A stretch of 64,000 nucleotides of DNA from Halioglobus sp. (GTDB lineage: Bacteria; Pseudomonadota; Gammaproteobacteria; Pseudomonadales; Halieaceae): the NCBI GenBank assembly GCA_013214285.1, contig JABSPW010000001.1, positions 16,945 to 80,944 of the forward strand, in the 5' to 3' direction. Of the stretch, positions 20,497-30,050 are shown piece after piece. The notes below the pieces were generated by a model. The model was not told where the DNA came from. It made no database searches and saw nothing but the letters and a program-made list of their open reading frames with translations. A program made the position numbers and the translations under genes. Position 1 is the stretch's first letter. Every line of letters begins with the position of its first letter.

Positions 20497-22152
20497 ATGG
20501 ATATTCAATATCTTTTCACCTTCCCTATTGCGCTGGGGCTTTCGCTTCTTATTATCCCGGTCCTGATCCGTCACTCAGCCAAACTGGGGCTTATGGACAT
20601 CCCTGCAGGGGATTCTCGCAAACTTCATAGAGAGTCAATCCCCCGCAGTGGCGGCATCGGCATTATATGTTCTGCTGGACTTGCTCTACTGATACTGTTT
20701 CCTCCTGACAAGTCGATATTAAGCTTCTTGATAGCAAGCCTCGTTATCATCTGCTTTGGTCTCCTCGACGACGTCATCACCCTTAGCCCTTTGCAGAAGC
20801 TGGGTGGGCAGGCGATCGGAGTCATCATTGCAATGTCGGGCGGCATGGTCATGTCTGAATTTCCCATACTGGCAAACAGCCCTGCCTGGTTCACCTACAC
20901 AATAACTTTCCTTTTTGTGATGGGGGTTATCAATGGTGTCAACTTCTCTGACGGAATGGATGGGCTTGCGGCGGGCATCACGCTGATGTCACTCATATTC
21001 ATCCTGATGTTAGCTCTAGAGTCTGGCAATACATTGATCGCAGCTATTTCCCTTGCCGTGTCTGCGTCCTTGCTGGGCTTCCTGCGATTCAACACGCACC
21101 CTGCTAAGGTTTTCATGGGAGACTCGGGTAGTCAGTTTTTGGGGTTTGTTGTCGCCTGGCTGGTTATCGTTCAAAGCCAAAGTGACACCAGTCCGATTAC
21201 AACATTGATGCCACTACTGGTCCTGGGAATCCCTGTAATGGATATTTTGCAGGTGGTACCGGTGCGAGTGCACAAGAAATTGCCACTGGCTGGACCGGAC
21301 CGCGAACACCTACATCATCAGATTGCAAAGTTGGCGTTTCGTCAGGAAGAAGTCGTCGGCATAATGTATATCCTGCAAACAATCCTTCTTGCGGGCGCCT
21401 ATATACTGCGATTTGCAAATGACAATATCATATTGCTTTTCTACGCAAGCTATGTGGCGATCGTTCTAACCACCATTTACGTTGCAAACGTAAGTGGCTT
21501 ACAAGTAAGAACTCAACGGCCCAATACTAGCAATCAGCGCAACCGCTTCTTTCGCCGACTAAGCAAGGTTCATCCCTACACTGGCAGATTTTTTGGACTG
21601 ATGATTGCCGCTTATCTGGGTATGGCTGCGATCTTATCCACTACGCTAACAACGCCTATATTGTATATGGCGATTTTCTGGGCTGCTATTCTTCTGGTTA
21701 TAAAGGCGCTTTCGAACAACCGGTGGCCTATCGTACTGGGCAGAATCGCCTCCTACACAACTGTGATATTGCTTGTCTTCGGGTTAACCATTTCTGTTCA
21801 CAACGAGGTCATCAACTGGGTAATTGATGGCAGCTTGATTCTATTCTCTATAGCATTGGCAATCGCAATACGGATCACACGACGCTACTACTTCTGGCTG
21901 ACAACTCAAGACCTGTTATTGCTACTTTTCATCGTCATACTGGCACCTCAGTTACCTATCGAGATCGCACCGGAATCTTCAAATGCCAGGCTGATATTCC
22001 GCACTTGCATCCTTCTTTATGCCAGCGAATACGTCTTGGCGCGAGGAGGAAGGGCACCAGAGAACCTAGCCACTGTGGCAGTTATTGCTTTATTTTTGCT
22101 AGGATTACACTTCAATATTTTGAGTACTTTTGCATCAAGTCTAACCGGTTAA
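20497..22152 (+). CDS. Initiating polyprenyl-phosphate HexNAc-1-phosphate transferase (WecA/MraY family, GT4 fold class) with extra C-terminal polytopic domain
   Basis: Motifs are NFSDGMDGLAAG and VFMGDSGSQFLGF. The protein is about 550 aa, and the last 200 or so residues form additional TM helices. The ATG at 20497 is used; an alternative GTG lies at 20491. Confidence 0.85.
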   Translation: MDIQYLFTFPIALGLSLLIIPVLIRHSAKLGLMDIPAGDSRKLHRESIPRSGGIGIICSAGLALLILFPPDKSILSFLIASLVIICFGLLDDVITLSPLQKLGGQAIGVIIAMSGGMVMSEFPILANSPAWFTYTITFLFVMGVINGVNFSDGMDGLAAGITLMSLIFILMLALESGNTLIAAISLAVSASLLGFLRFNTHPAKVFMGDSGSQFLGFVVAWLVIVQSQSDTSPITTLMPLLVLGIPVMDILQVVPVRVHKKLPLAGPDREHLHHQIAKLAFRQEEVVGIMYILQTILLAGAYILRFANDNIILLFYASYVAIVLTTIYVANVSGLQVRTQRPNTSNQRNRFFRRLSKVHPYTGRFFGLMIAAYLGMAAILSTTLTTPILYMAIFWAAILLVIKALSNNRWPIVLGRIASYTTVILLVFGLTISVHNEVINWVIDGSLILFSIALAIAIRITRRYYFWLTTQDLLLLLFIVILAPQLPIEIAPESSNARLIFRTCILLYASEYVLARGGRAPENLATVAVIALFLLGLHFNILSTFASSLTG

Positions 22153-22156
22153 TTGC

Positions 22157-24337
22157 GTGAAACGACCTATGATATTGGCAAGATTTGTCGTGCTTTTTTT
22201 GACATTTTTTTGCCTTCTCGCTTGCTCTTCCAGTGAGGAGCGTCAGGACAGATATCTGCAGCGCGCTCAGTCTTATTATGAAAATGGCGAGTATAAGAAG
22301 GCGCGACTGGAAGTTAACAATGTTCTTCAGATCAATCCTAGCAGCCCCAGCGCTCATTACATATTGGCATTGGTTCAGGAAAAAGAGCGCAATTGGTCTG
22401 AGATGCGAAGGAATCTACTTCGAACGGTTGAACTGCAACCTGATTTCTCAGCTGCACGCATTAAACTTGCTCAACTGTATTACCACGGCGGAGCAAATCA
22501 GCAAGCACTTGATCAAGCCGATGCTGTCCTGGCGGTGACCGCCAATCATGCAGATGCGCACACTGTGCGCGGAAGTATTTTCTTACGCCAGGGCAACACT
22601 GACGTCGCATTGAAAGAAGCGCAATTGGCTCTTGCATCGACCCCAGAACACGTAGGGGCAATTTCGCTGCTCACTGAGATCTATCGTGGCGACGATCTGG
22701 AAGAAGCACTTCGGGTTGTTCGAGACGGAGCTGCAAACCAGCCGCGGAATGCGCAACTCAGGCTTCTTGAAGCCAGTGTCATGGAACAACAGGGCGATTT
22801 AGACGGGGCCAGACGTATTTATGTCGATCTGACGAAAAATAATCCGGACAACTCACTTTATACTTATCTGCTCGTAGACTTTTACGAACAACAGGGCATG
22901 ACAGACGAGGGCGAGGAACTTCTCAGAGAAATAGTACGAAGTAAACCTGGTGAGCACCAACTTAAGCTTTGGCTAGTGGAATTCCTTGCAAATGAGCGCA
23001 CCTCCTCTTTGGCCGAGCAAGCCCTGCTCGATTTCATTGACCAGGAGCCGGGAAATGCCGAATTACAATTTGGCTTAGCGAAATTGTATATGTCTATGGG
23101 ACAGACTAGTGACGCCGAAACGGTTCTCAGGAAGGTTATATCGAGAAACAAGAATGCGGAGGTCTCCCTGCTAGCCCGTAATAAACTGGTGGAATTGATG
23201 CTCGCCACTGGAAATAACCAATACGCCGACGCCATGATCGGAGAAATACTTGCAATGGAGCCAAATAATCAACGGGCGCTGCTGACAAGGGCGCGCCTTG
23301 AGATTCAAGAAAGGCGACCCTCCGCTGCAATATCTCTGCTGCGCAACATCTTGGAGAGTGATCCCTTTTCAACAGAGTCGCTAGTGCTTCTCGCACGTGC
23401 CTATGAAGAGGCGGCTAGGCCTGGACTAGCCCTTATCGCCTACCAGAATGCATTGGATATCGATCCTGCGCACGATACAACCGTGAATGACGTTGTCCGG
23501 ATCATGATCAAGCAGAAGGAATTTGGCGCTGCTAAACAGGTGCTCGACGAGTACCTGAACGCCTCCCCCACGAGCTTGCCATTAAATCGGCTACGTATTC
23601 TGTTATACGTTGAGCAGGGCCTTTGGAACGATGCGCTGAGGGCCGCTACTAACCTTGCTGAATTGACTCAATCTCCCGCAATCGGCAAGTACGTTACTGG
23701 AAGCATTCTGCGCGCTCGAGGAGAAACAGAAGCCGCCATAGATAGCTACAAGGCAGCACTGCAAATCGATCCAGATATGATTGAGGTGTATGTTGCGCTG
23801 GCCGAGGCCTATCTCACACTGGAGGATCGTGCAGCGGCGCTAGCGGTGTGCAATACAGCTATACTTCGAAGTCCGGGAAATACCGCGCTACTAACACTGA
23901 AGGCGGGAATTCTTCAGGGGCTTGGCGATTTCAAAAGGGCGGCCGCTGTTTACGAAATTGCGCTCTCCATCGATAGCAAACAAGACATCGCAGCCAATAA
24001 TCTGGCTGCACTTCTAGTCGATCACCTGCTTAACGAGACGAATCTTCGCCGGGCCCATCAGTTGACAATAGATTTTGAAGACACTGAAGTGCCGGCATTT
24101 TGGGATACACGTGGATGGGTCCTCTATCACCAAGGTAAGTTCACTAGTGCCCTGCAGCTCTTTGAACGTGCCGTCGCGTCAGATGAAAGTCAGGATATTT
24201 ATCGCTTTCACAGGGGAATGGCGCACTACAAGCTCAACGACCTTGCTTCTGCAAGAAAAGACCTGGAACTAGCGTTGCAGAGCAAGGAAGATTTTTCGGG
24301 CAGAGAAGAAGCTATACACATTATTTCCAGCCGGTAA
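22157..24337 (+). CDS. TPR-repeat lipoprotein (PEP-CTERM-system PrsT-like)
   Basis: The GTG start gives MKRPMILARFVVLFLTFFCLLAC with an LLAC lipobox. The rest is tandem TPR repeats. Confidence 0.8.
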   Translation: MKRPMILARFVVLFLTFFCLLACSSSEERQDRYLQRAQSYYENGEYKKARLEVNNVLQINPSSPSAHYILALVQEKERNWSEMRRNLLRTVELQPDFSAARIKLAQLYYHGGANQQALDQADAVLAVTANHADAHTVRGSIFLRQGNTDVALKEAQLALASTPEHVGAISLLTEIYRGDDLEEALRVVRDGAANQPRNAQLRLLEASVMEQQGDLDGARRIYVDLTKNNPDNSLYTYLLVDFYEQQGMTDEGEELLREIVRSKPGEHQLKLWLVEFLANERTSSLAEQALLDFIDQEPGNAELQFGLAKLYMSMGQTSDAETVLRKVISRNKNAEVSLLARNKLVELMLATGNNQYADAMIGEILAMEPNNQRALLTRARLEIQERRPSAAISLLRNILESDPFSTESLVLLARAYEEAARPGLALIAYQNALDIDPAHDTTVNDVVRIMIKQKEFGAAKQVLDEYLNASPTSLPLNRLRILLYVEQGLWNDALRAATNLAELTQSPAIGKYVTGSILRARGETEAAIDSYKAALQIDPDMIEVYVALAEAYLTLEDRAAALAVCNTAILRSPGNTALLTLKAGILQGLGDFKRAAAVYEIALSIDSKQDIAANNLAALLVDHLLNETNLRRAHQLTIDFEDTEVPAFWDTRGWVLYHQGKFTSALQLFERAVASDESQDIYRFHRGMAHYKLNDLASARKDLELALQSKEDFSGREEAIHIISSR

Positions 24338-24362
24338 TCAGCAGCCAACTGGTATTTTTTTT
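24327..24362 (+). terminator. Possible intrinsic terminator after the TPR lipoprotein gene
   Basis: CCAGCCGG-loop-CCAACTGG forms a stem with a 2x2 internal mismatch. It is followed by TATTTTTTTT. Confidence 0.4.
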
Positions 24363-24734
24363 ACACCTGGTCATGGAAAAGCACGGACAGGGAAAGGAAG
24401 CTGAAACGCTGGGTTATTGTTTAGCTAAATTGCGGGTAAAGAGCATACCCATCCTGTGGGACAGGAGGAATGTCTGGATTCTTCAAGCGAGAAAGCACTG
24501 ACCATTACTGAAGTGACTCAGCCGCTACATCACGAAAGGAAGGATTTACTACCTTCGCTATTTTTTTTACCGCGATGAGCGGAACATCAGGAAGGAAAAC
24601 GCGCGCAGAGGATCCTCTCATTTTTCGTACTCTTTTTTCTGTAGAAATCGTTCTACGCGTGCTATCTTCTTTAGAGGGTCAGGAGACTTTCTCCAGATTA
24701 TTCAGGTAGGAATTTCTTTGTCTATGCGTCACAA

Positions 24735-26147
24735 ATGCGATTTCGACTGTTAATTTTCGTACTTATTTTCTTTAGCAATCTAGCGCTTGCACAGAAACCC
24801 AATATCATTGTCATCTTGACCGACGACCAGCGCTATGATGTTTTATCTCTCTACGATACTTTCCCCTGGCTCAACACCCCACATTTAGATCGACTAGCGC
24901 AAGAGGGGGCACATTTTAAAAATGCATTTGTGACCACTGCGGTATGCAGTCCATCTCGAGCTAGTTTCCTGACGGGTACGTATGCGAATCGGCACGGAGT
25001 CATCGTAAATGCGTATAAAGATCCAGACCCGGCGGTACCGCTATTCCCCGAACTACTGCAGCAGTTAGGATACGTAACTGCATTTATAGGAAAATGGCAC
25101 ATGGATAGTGATATTGAGCCAAGAAAGGGCTTTGATCACTGGGTGAATTTCCCAGGTCAAGGTAATTATTTTGACAACGTGCTCAACGTCGACGGTTCAA
25201 TCGAAACGGTTTCGCAGTACATCACTGATGAACTAACAGATCGCGCCTTACGTTTTATCGATAAGTTTTGTGATGTACCTTTCGCACTTTATTTGAGCCA
25301 CAAAGCCATTCACGCGCCTTTCACACCTGCACCGCGCCACACTGGTCTGTATTCACAGGTGGACTTTGCTGGATTCGATGACCCGGCTGAAGATTTGTCA
25401 AGGAAGCCAAACTGGCTAATAGCCCGATCGAAAGTCCTAAGAAACGGGGCAGGCCCAGATCCCGACAAGAGGCTTGAGATGATTAAAACCGTGTCGGCCG
25501 TTGATGACAGTGTCGGTCGAATTGTTGGAGAACTCGAACGCCTCGGGCTGCTGGACTCCACTGCAATTGTCTTTGCTGCAGATAATGGCTATTTATATGG
25601 CGAACATGGGAGCCTGGGAGACAAGAGAAACGCCTACGAGGAATCCATAAGAATACCGCTCATCATGCGTTATCCGCCTCTGATCAAGTCGGGGACGGAA
25701 ATTGATGAGTTAGTCCTGAATATCGACGTCGCACCTACCCTGCTAGCGCTGGCGGGACTGGGTGCCCCCCCCCATGTACAAGGCGAGAGTTGGCTCAGAT
25801 TGTTTCGGGGCGAGGAGGAATGGCGCGACAGTTTTCTGTATGAGTATTACCGTGAAGACGATTACAGGCCCCGTGGCGGATCAAAGACCACACCAACCAT
25901 CCTTGCCATCCGCACAGCGGGTTGGAAGTATATTAGTTATCCCGAGCTAGAGGGAGAAATCGATGAGCTTTATAGGCTAGATGTTGATCCTAAGGAGCTC
26001 AACAATCTGGCAGGACGTCCCGAATTTGCGACCAAGCTCGAGGAAATGCGATTACGGCTCGCCCAGCACCTTACACCAGAGCGATACACCAAACCAAAGC
26101 CCCCTTCCAAAGGGCCCCTGTGTGTTTGGTTGGATATCAACTGCTGA
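24735..26147 (+). CDS. Secreted formylglycine-dependent sulfatase
   Basis: The signal peptide is MRFRLLIFVLIFFSNLALA. The metal site is IIVILTDDQRYD and the CxPxR motif is CSPSRASFLTG. Confidence 0.9.
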   Translation: MRFRLLIFVLIFFSNLALAQKPNIIVILTDDQRYDVLSLYDTFPWLNTPHLDRLAQEGAHFKNAFVTTAVCSPSRASFLTGTYANRHGVIVNAYKDPDPAVPLFPELLQQLGYVTAFIGKWHMDSDIEPRKGFDHWVNFPGQGNYFDNVLNVDGSIETVSQYITDELTDRALRFIDKFCDVPFALYLSHKAIHAPFTPAPRHTGLYSQVDFAGFDDPAEDLSRKPNWLIARSKVLRNGAGPDPDKRLEMIKTVSAVDDSVGRIVGELERLGLLDSTAIVFAADNGYLYGEHGSLGDKRNAYEESIRIPLIMRYPPLIKSGTEIDELVLNIDVAPTLLALAGLGAPPHVQGESWLRLFRGEEEWRDSFLYEYYREDDYRPRGGSKTTPTILAIRTAGWKYISYPELEGEIDELYRLDVDPKELNNLAGRPEFATKLEEMRLRLAQHLTPERYTKPKPPSKGPLCVWLDINC

Positions 26148-26428
26148 CAATGGCTCGCATACGGGCCATTTTCTGATGTCAAATAACTCGCAACATCGTG
26201 CCAATCGTCACCACCGCCTTGACCACCCCACCTGTCTCTGAATGCCCCTCGGCTTTTTAATGTTGCTTAAAGGAGACTCACCATCTCTCTGTTTTTATTG
26301 CTTTTTTTGAACTGACGCCATATTGCGTCGCATTATCGCGACACTGGCCCTATGTACTACCGACAATTTCACCCCTATACGCCCCCTACTATGCCCTATC
26401 TCTATGTTTTTCCGGCGTAAAGTAGAGT

Positions 26429-26445
26429 TGGCACGGTTTAAGCAT
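26429..26445 (+). promoter_or_regulatory. Candidate sigma54 (-24/-12) promoter for beta-helix gene copy 1
   Basis: TGGCACGGTTTAAGCAT has GG and GC at consensus spacing relative to TGGCACG-N4-TTGCW. It sits inside a 45-nt block conserved with the copy-2 upstream region. Confidence 0.4.
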
Positions 26446-26673
26446 ATTACTTTAGCCGTTTTGCCTGGATAGAGAATAACATTGCATACGGGGCTCTTTT
26501 GGCACTTACCACAGACGGGAATAGTTTACTTTTCTCCAGAAATAACTTGATAGAATTTTGTGAGCGCCATAGCATTCTTTGAAAGTATATCTTGCCCGGC
26601 GCGTCTTGAGAGGAAATGTCGCTTCAAAAGGGTCAGGGGTTACGTGTTAAGGACTAACAAGGGGGAAACGGTC

Positions 26674-28623
26674 ATGAAAAAGATCGTATTGCAATACATC
26701 ACCGAACGCTTTCAGAAAAATAAGAATGCTCAAGGTGACAAAAGACACCCAAAAATGCGCACACTGCTACCCGGATTGGCGCTGCTGCTGTCGTGTCATC
26801 TTGTTTTACCGTCGGCGGCATCCGCAGCCAACTACTACGTCCACGCGAGCAAGGGCTCAAATTCCAGCAGCGGTAAAGCACCTGACGCCGCCTTCCGCGA
26901 TCTTAGCTATGCGATTAGGAGGCTGCGCGCCGGCGACACACTCTTTGTGCGTGCCGGTACCTACCGAGAAAAGATGTCCAGCTTGTCTGCCAGCGGCACA
27001 CGAAGCGCCCCCATCGTGGTGAAGGCTTATGGCAACGAGAAACCGATTATTCGGACTAGCAACATTACGGTGCTTGCCAATGCGAACTGGTGGGTTTTCG
27101 AGGGACTCACGTTTCAGACGTCCGAGCAAATACGGCTGGGGGAACGGACTAGGCTCTCGTGCCACAGCTGGGCAAACAATATCACGTTTAGGAGAAATAC
27201 CTTTCAAAATAGCAGTGCTAACGCACTTGTCCTGAACTGCGCGCGCCAGATCAATATAGACAGCAACGTGTTCTTTAACATTCGCAGTCGTCAAATCTCT
27301 AAGGACGCATACGGCGTCAAGTCAACTGTTGCGGCACACAATATAGTAATCAGCAACAACCGATTCACCGATATTGGTGGTGATGGCATTCAGCTGGTAG
27401 GCGATGTAAGGAATGTTCAAATTATCGATAATGAGTTTGAAGTGGTGCATCCCTACCGCTATCGAACTGAAAACGGAAACGTGGATTCGTCGAATCCTAA
27501 ACGCTTTGGCAGCGTGGGCGAGAATGCCATCGACCTTAAGGGCGGGCCTGGGCCTTTCACTATCGCAGGCAATGTCATCCATGGTTTTCGCCCCACTATC
27601 AAGGGGACGCAGGATGCATCAGGCGCGATGGGCGTGGGTATCACAATGAGCCACGCAAATGATCGATCGGTCTATATCTACAAGAACCATTTCTACGATA
27701 ACGTCTATGACATTAAAATTAACGGGCATGAGACCAGAAGTGAAATTGCCTACAATATTTTCGAGAATTCGGTGGTCGCTGACCCCACGGTTTATGGGAA
27801 AAAGACGCAGACGCCCAGGGCATTACACCTGGAGAACACTGGCAACTCCCGGGTCTATAACAACATATTTCACAATGATGTAGCGGGTGACAAGATACTA
27901 CTGTTCATCGACGGCGTGCGGAACGTGTTGTTGCAAAACAACGTATTTAGCAACGGTAGAATGGGAGGAAAAGGGGGGCAGTTCTCCAGTGACCACAATG
28001 CCTTCTCTGGCATCACCGATAAGATGGATGACAACTTCAACGGCGTGCGCGATGTCACAGGTAATCTGCGCATGAATTGGTCAACCTGGAAGCCGAGGAG
28101 TAATAGTCCGCTGATCGACGCTGGAATGCGCGTACAAAACAGCCTACAAACTGATTACTATGCGGTATCCGACTTTTTCGGGGCACCCATCAGGGGCTTA
28201 GGTCCAGATATTGGCGCCACAGAGTTTGGCGGCACCACCACAACAGCAGCTGAGCCGGAGCCCCCTCAAGCGGCGCTCGTCACCGGCCCAACCTTATCTG
28301 AACCGCCACCGCCTTCTGTTAACTCAGGCTCTAATCAGTCATTCGTATCGATTCTTGGGCTGTCTAAAGGTGATACGGTGTACGGCCAGGTCACGTTTTC
28401 AGTAGACGCACAGGACCCCAGTGGGATTGAGAGGGTAGGCATAAAAGTACAGGATCTGGAGGAAAAGGGCAGAAATAAACGGTTCTATATTGACGACAAC
28501 TGGCCCTATGAATTCACCATAGATTTTTCCCCATACGAGGGTAAGGATGTAAAGTTGGTGGCATACGGTTTCAGTAAAGATGGGTCTAAAAGGAAGACAC
28601 CCATAGTACTCAGTGTGAAGTAA
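26674..28623 (+). CDS. Secreted right-handed parallel beta-helix protein with PT-rich linker and C-terminal Ig-like domain (polysaccharide lyase, hydrolase or epimerase candidate)
   Basis: The signal peptide is MRTLLPGLALLLSCHLVLPSAASA. The alternative start at 26755 matches copy 2 better, while the ATG at 26674 has a GGGGG RBS-like run. The N-terminus is DUF1565-like (NYYVHASKGSNSSSGKAPDAAFRDLSYAIRRLRAGDTLFVRAGTY). Beta-helix rungs repeat (ITFRRNTFQNS, IDSNVFFNI, VISNNRFTDI, IYKNHFYDN, RVYNNIFHND, LLQNNVFSNG). Confidence 0.8.
   Translation: MKKIVLQYITERFQKNKNAQGDKRHPKMRTLLPGLALLLSCHLVLPSAASAANYYVHASKGSNSSSGKAPDAAFRDLSYAIRRLRAGDTLFVRAGTYREKMSSLSASGTRSAPIVVKAYGNEKPIIRTSNITVLANANWWVFEGLTFQTSEQIRLGERTRLSCHSWANNITFRRNTFQNSSANALVLNCARQINIDSNVFFNIRSRQISKDAYGVKSTVAAHNIVISNNRFTDIGGDGIQLVGDVRNVQIIDNEFEVVHPYRYRTENGNVDSSNPKRFGSVGENAIDLKGGPGPFTIAGNVIHGFRPTIKGTQDASGAMGVGITMSHANDRSVYIYKNHFYDNVYDIKINGHETRSEIAYNIFENSVVADPTVYGKKTQTPRALHLENTGNSRVYNNIFHNDVAGDKILLFIDGVRNVLLQNNVFSNGRMGGKGGQFSSDHNAFSGITDKMDDNFNGVRDVTGNLRMNWSTWKPRSNSPLIDAGMRVQNSLQTDYYAVSDFFGAPIRGLGPDIGATEFGGTTTTAAEPEPPQAALVTGPTLSEPPPPSVNSGSNQSFVSILGLSKGDTVYGQVTFSVDAQDPSGIERVGIKVQDLEEKGRNKRFYIDDNWPYEFTIDFSPYEGKDVKLVAYGFSKDGSKRKTPIVLSVK
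26765..28234 (+). repeat. Direct repeat copy 1 (1,470 bp), identical to 41578..43047 wherever compared
   Basis: The offset is 14,813 bp. All nested six-frame ORF translations are identical between copies, and spot-checked lines match base for base. Boundaries were read from the first and last mismatching bases. Confidence 0.95.
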
Positions 28624-28677
28624 AATGACCGCTATCGGCTTTCGAGGATCGTTGATAAAAAAAGATTGACTACCGGA

Positions 28678-28711
28678 TCGACTAGGGGGCCTTGCCATCC
28701 TAGTCGACTTT
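28678..28711 (+). terminator. Possible terminator hairpin after beta-helix gene copy 1
   Basis: TCGACTAGG-GGGCCTTGCCAT-CCTAGTCGA is a 9-bp stem followed by CTTTG, a weak U-tract. Confidence 0.3.
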
Positions 28712-29040
28712 GCTGGGCCGAGGCTCTCGTCACTGGTGAAGGGTCTATGGCCGGTCTAGGAGAGACAATACACCGACCAAACGCAATTGCTACTGCTTTA
28801 CATGGCGTGTTTAGTGCGCGCCTGCGCTATCACTTTTATTTAGAATAATGCATCGGAAAGACCTCGATACCACAGCGCACCTATCAATTCACCGGAATTT
28901 CTGCAGCAATGTGCTGAGCGCAACTATTTTCCCTGTGCCCCAGCATGTATACTTCATATTACTAATGTTGGCCGTGATACATCATTCTGGCAACGCAAAA
29001 AACCCTCGTCAATTGAGTAAATAATCGGGATTACGGAACC

Positions 29041-29925
29041 GTGCCAATTCATAGCCGAGCAGGGGAACCCGCTGATTCAGGTGACGTGTGGCCCACATTT
29101 ATCGTCATCGGCGCACCAAAGGCAGGCACTACCTCGGTCTACCACTATCTTGATCAGCACCCGGACATTTATATGAGCCCGGTAAAGGAACCACATTATT
29201 TCTCCCTTACCGAGGAGATGTTACGCAATAACACAAAATCGCACATGCACGGAGTCACGTACACTAAAGAAGAATACCAAAATCTCTTTAGCGAAGCTGC
29301 TGGACAACGCGCCCTGGGCGAGGCGTCAACTGGTTATCTGTTGAGTTCCACTGCAGCCGAAAGTATCAGTTTATCCATACCCGATGTGAAGATAATCGTT
29401 ATGCTTCGAAATCCGGCTGACCGCGCTTTTTCGGGCTACCTCATGAAACTGCGCAACTCCAAGGAAACGTCATCATTAAAGGACGCCTTCGTACGAGGTA
29501 AGTCCTATGTGGAAGCCAGTTTCTACTATGAAAATCTACTCCGCTACTTTGACCGTTTCCCAATTGAACAAATAGGTATTTTCTTATTCGAGGAATTTAG
29601 CAAAGACCCCGTCGCAGTGATGCGCCGTATTTATGAATTTGTTGGTGTAGACGCGTTATTTCGTCCCGAGACAACTCAATATAACAGTGCTTGGATACCC
29701 AAGAATATGTTTTTAAATAGCCTAAGGACGTTCGTACTCCGGTCTAAACGAGTCCGATATCTGTTGAATAACACACCGGTCAAGCGCGCATTTCGAAAAT
29801 TGACACGAGAAGACCCGCCAGATTTTTCAGCGTCGGCTCGAATTCAGTTGTTAGATATTTATCGTCGGGATATTGCCAATGTCGAAGGATTGACTGGATT
29901 AAATCTGTCACATTGGCTAGATTAG
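29041..29925 (+). CDS. PAPS-dependent sulfotransferase (ST1)
   Basis: The 5'-PSB loop is VIGAPKAGTTSVYHYL and the 3'-PB motif is VMLRNPADRAFSGY. The start is GTG. Confidence 0.85.
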   Translation: MPIHSRAGEPADSGDVWPTFIVIGAPKAGTTSVYHYLDQHPDIYMSPVKEPHYFSLTEEMLRNNTKSHMHGVTYTKEEYQNLFSEAAGQRALGEASTGYLLSSTAAESISLSIPDVKIIVMLRNPADRAFSGYLMKLRNSKETSSLKDAFVRGKSYVEASFYYENLLRYFDRFPIEQIGIFLFEEFSKDPVAVMRRIYEFVGVDALFRPETTQYNSAWIPKNMFLNSLRTFVLRSKRVRYLLNNTPVKRAFRKLTREDPPDFSASARIQLLDIYRRDIANVEGLTGLNLSHWLD

Positions 29926-30050
29926 GTCGCTTCTCTTACACACTTCTTTTCCTTCAGCAAGCGCTGCATTCTGCCCAGTAGCCGAGACTGTACACTATGC
30001 GTCTATTGTGTAGACCGTCCTGACGACAAGATGCAAGAATTATTTCTGGC

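Noticed and set aside
24367-24383. CTGGTCATGGAAAAGCA as a sigma54 promoter for the sulfatase gene
   Set aside because: The GG and GC spacing fits, but the remaining -24 bases do not. It lies about 350 nt from the start codon, directly after a putative terminator. It is too weak to call.
26765-28234. The 1.47-kb identical repeat as an insertion sequence or other mobile element
   Set aside because: It encodes the core of a beta-helix protein in frame with the flanking unique sequence in both copies. I saw no transposase, terminal inverted repeats or target-site duplications.
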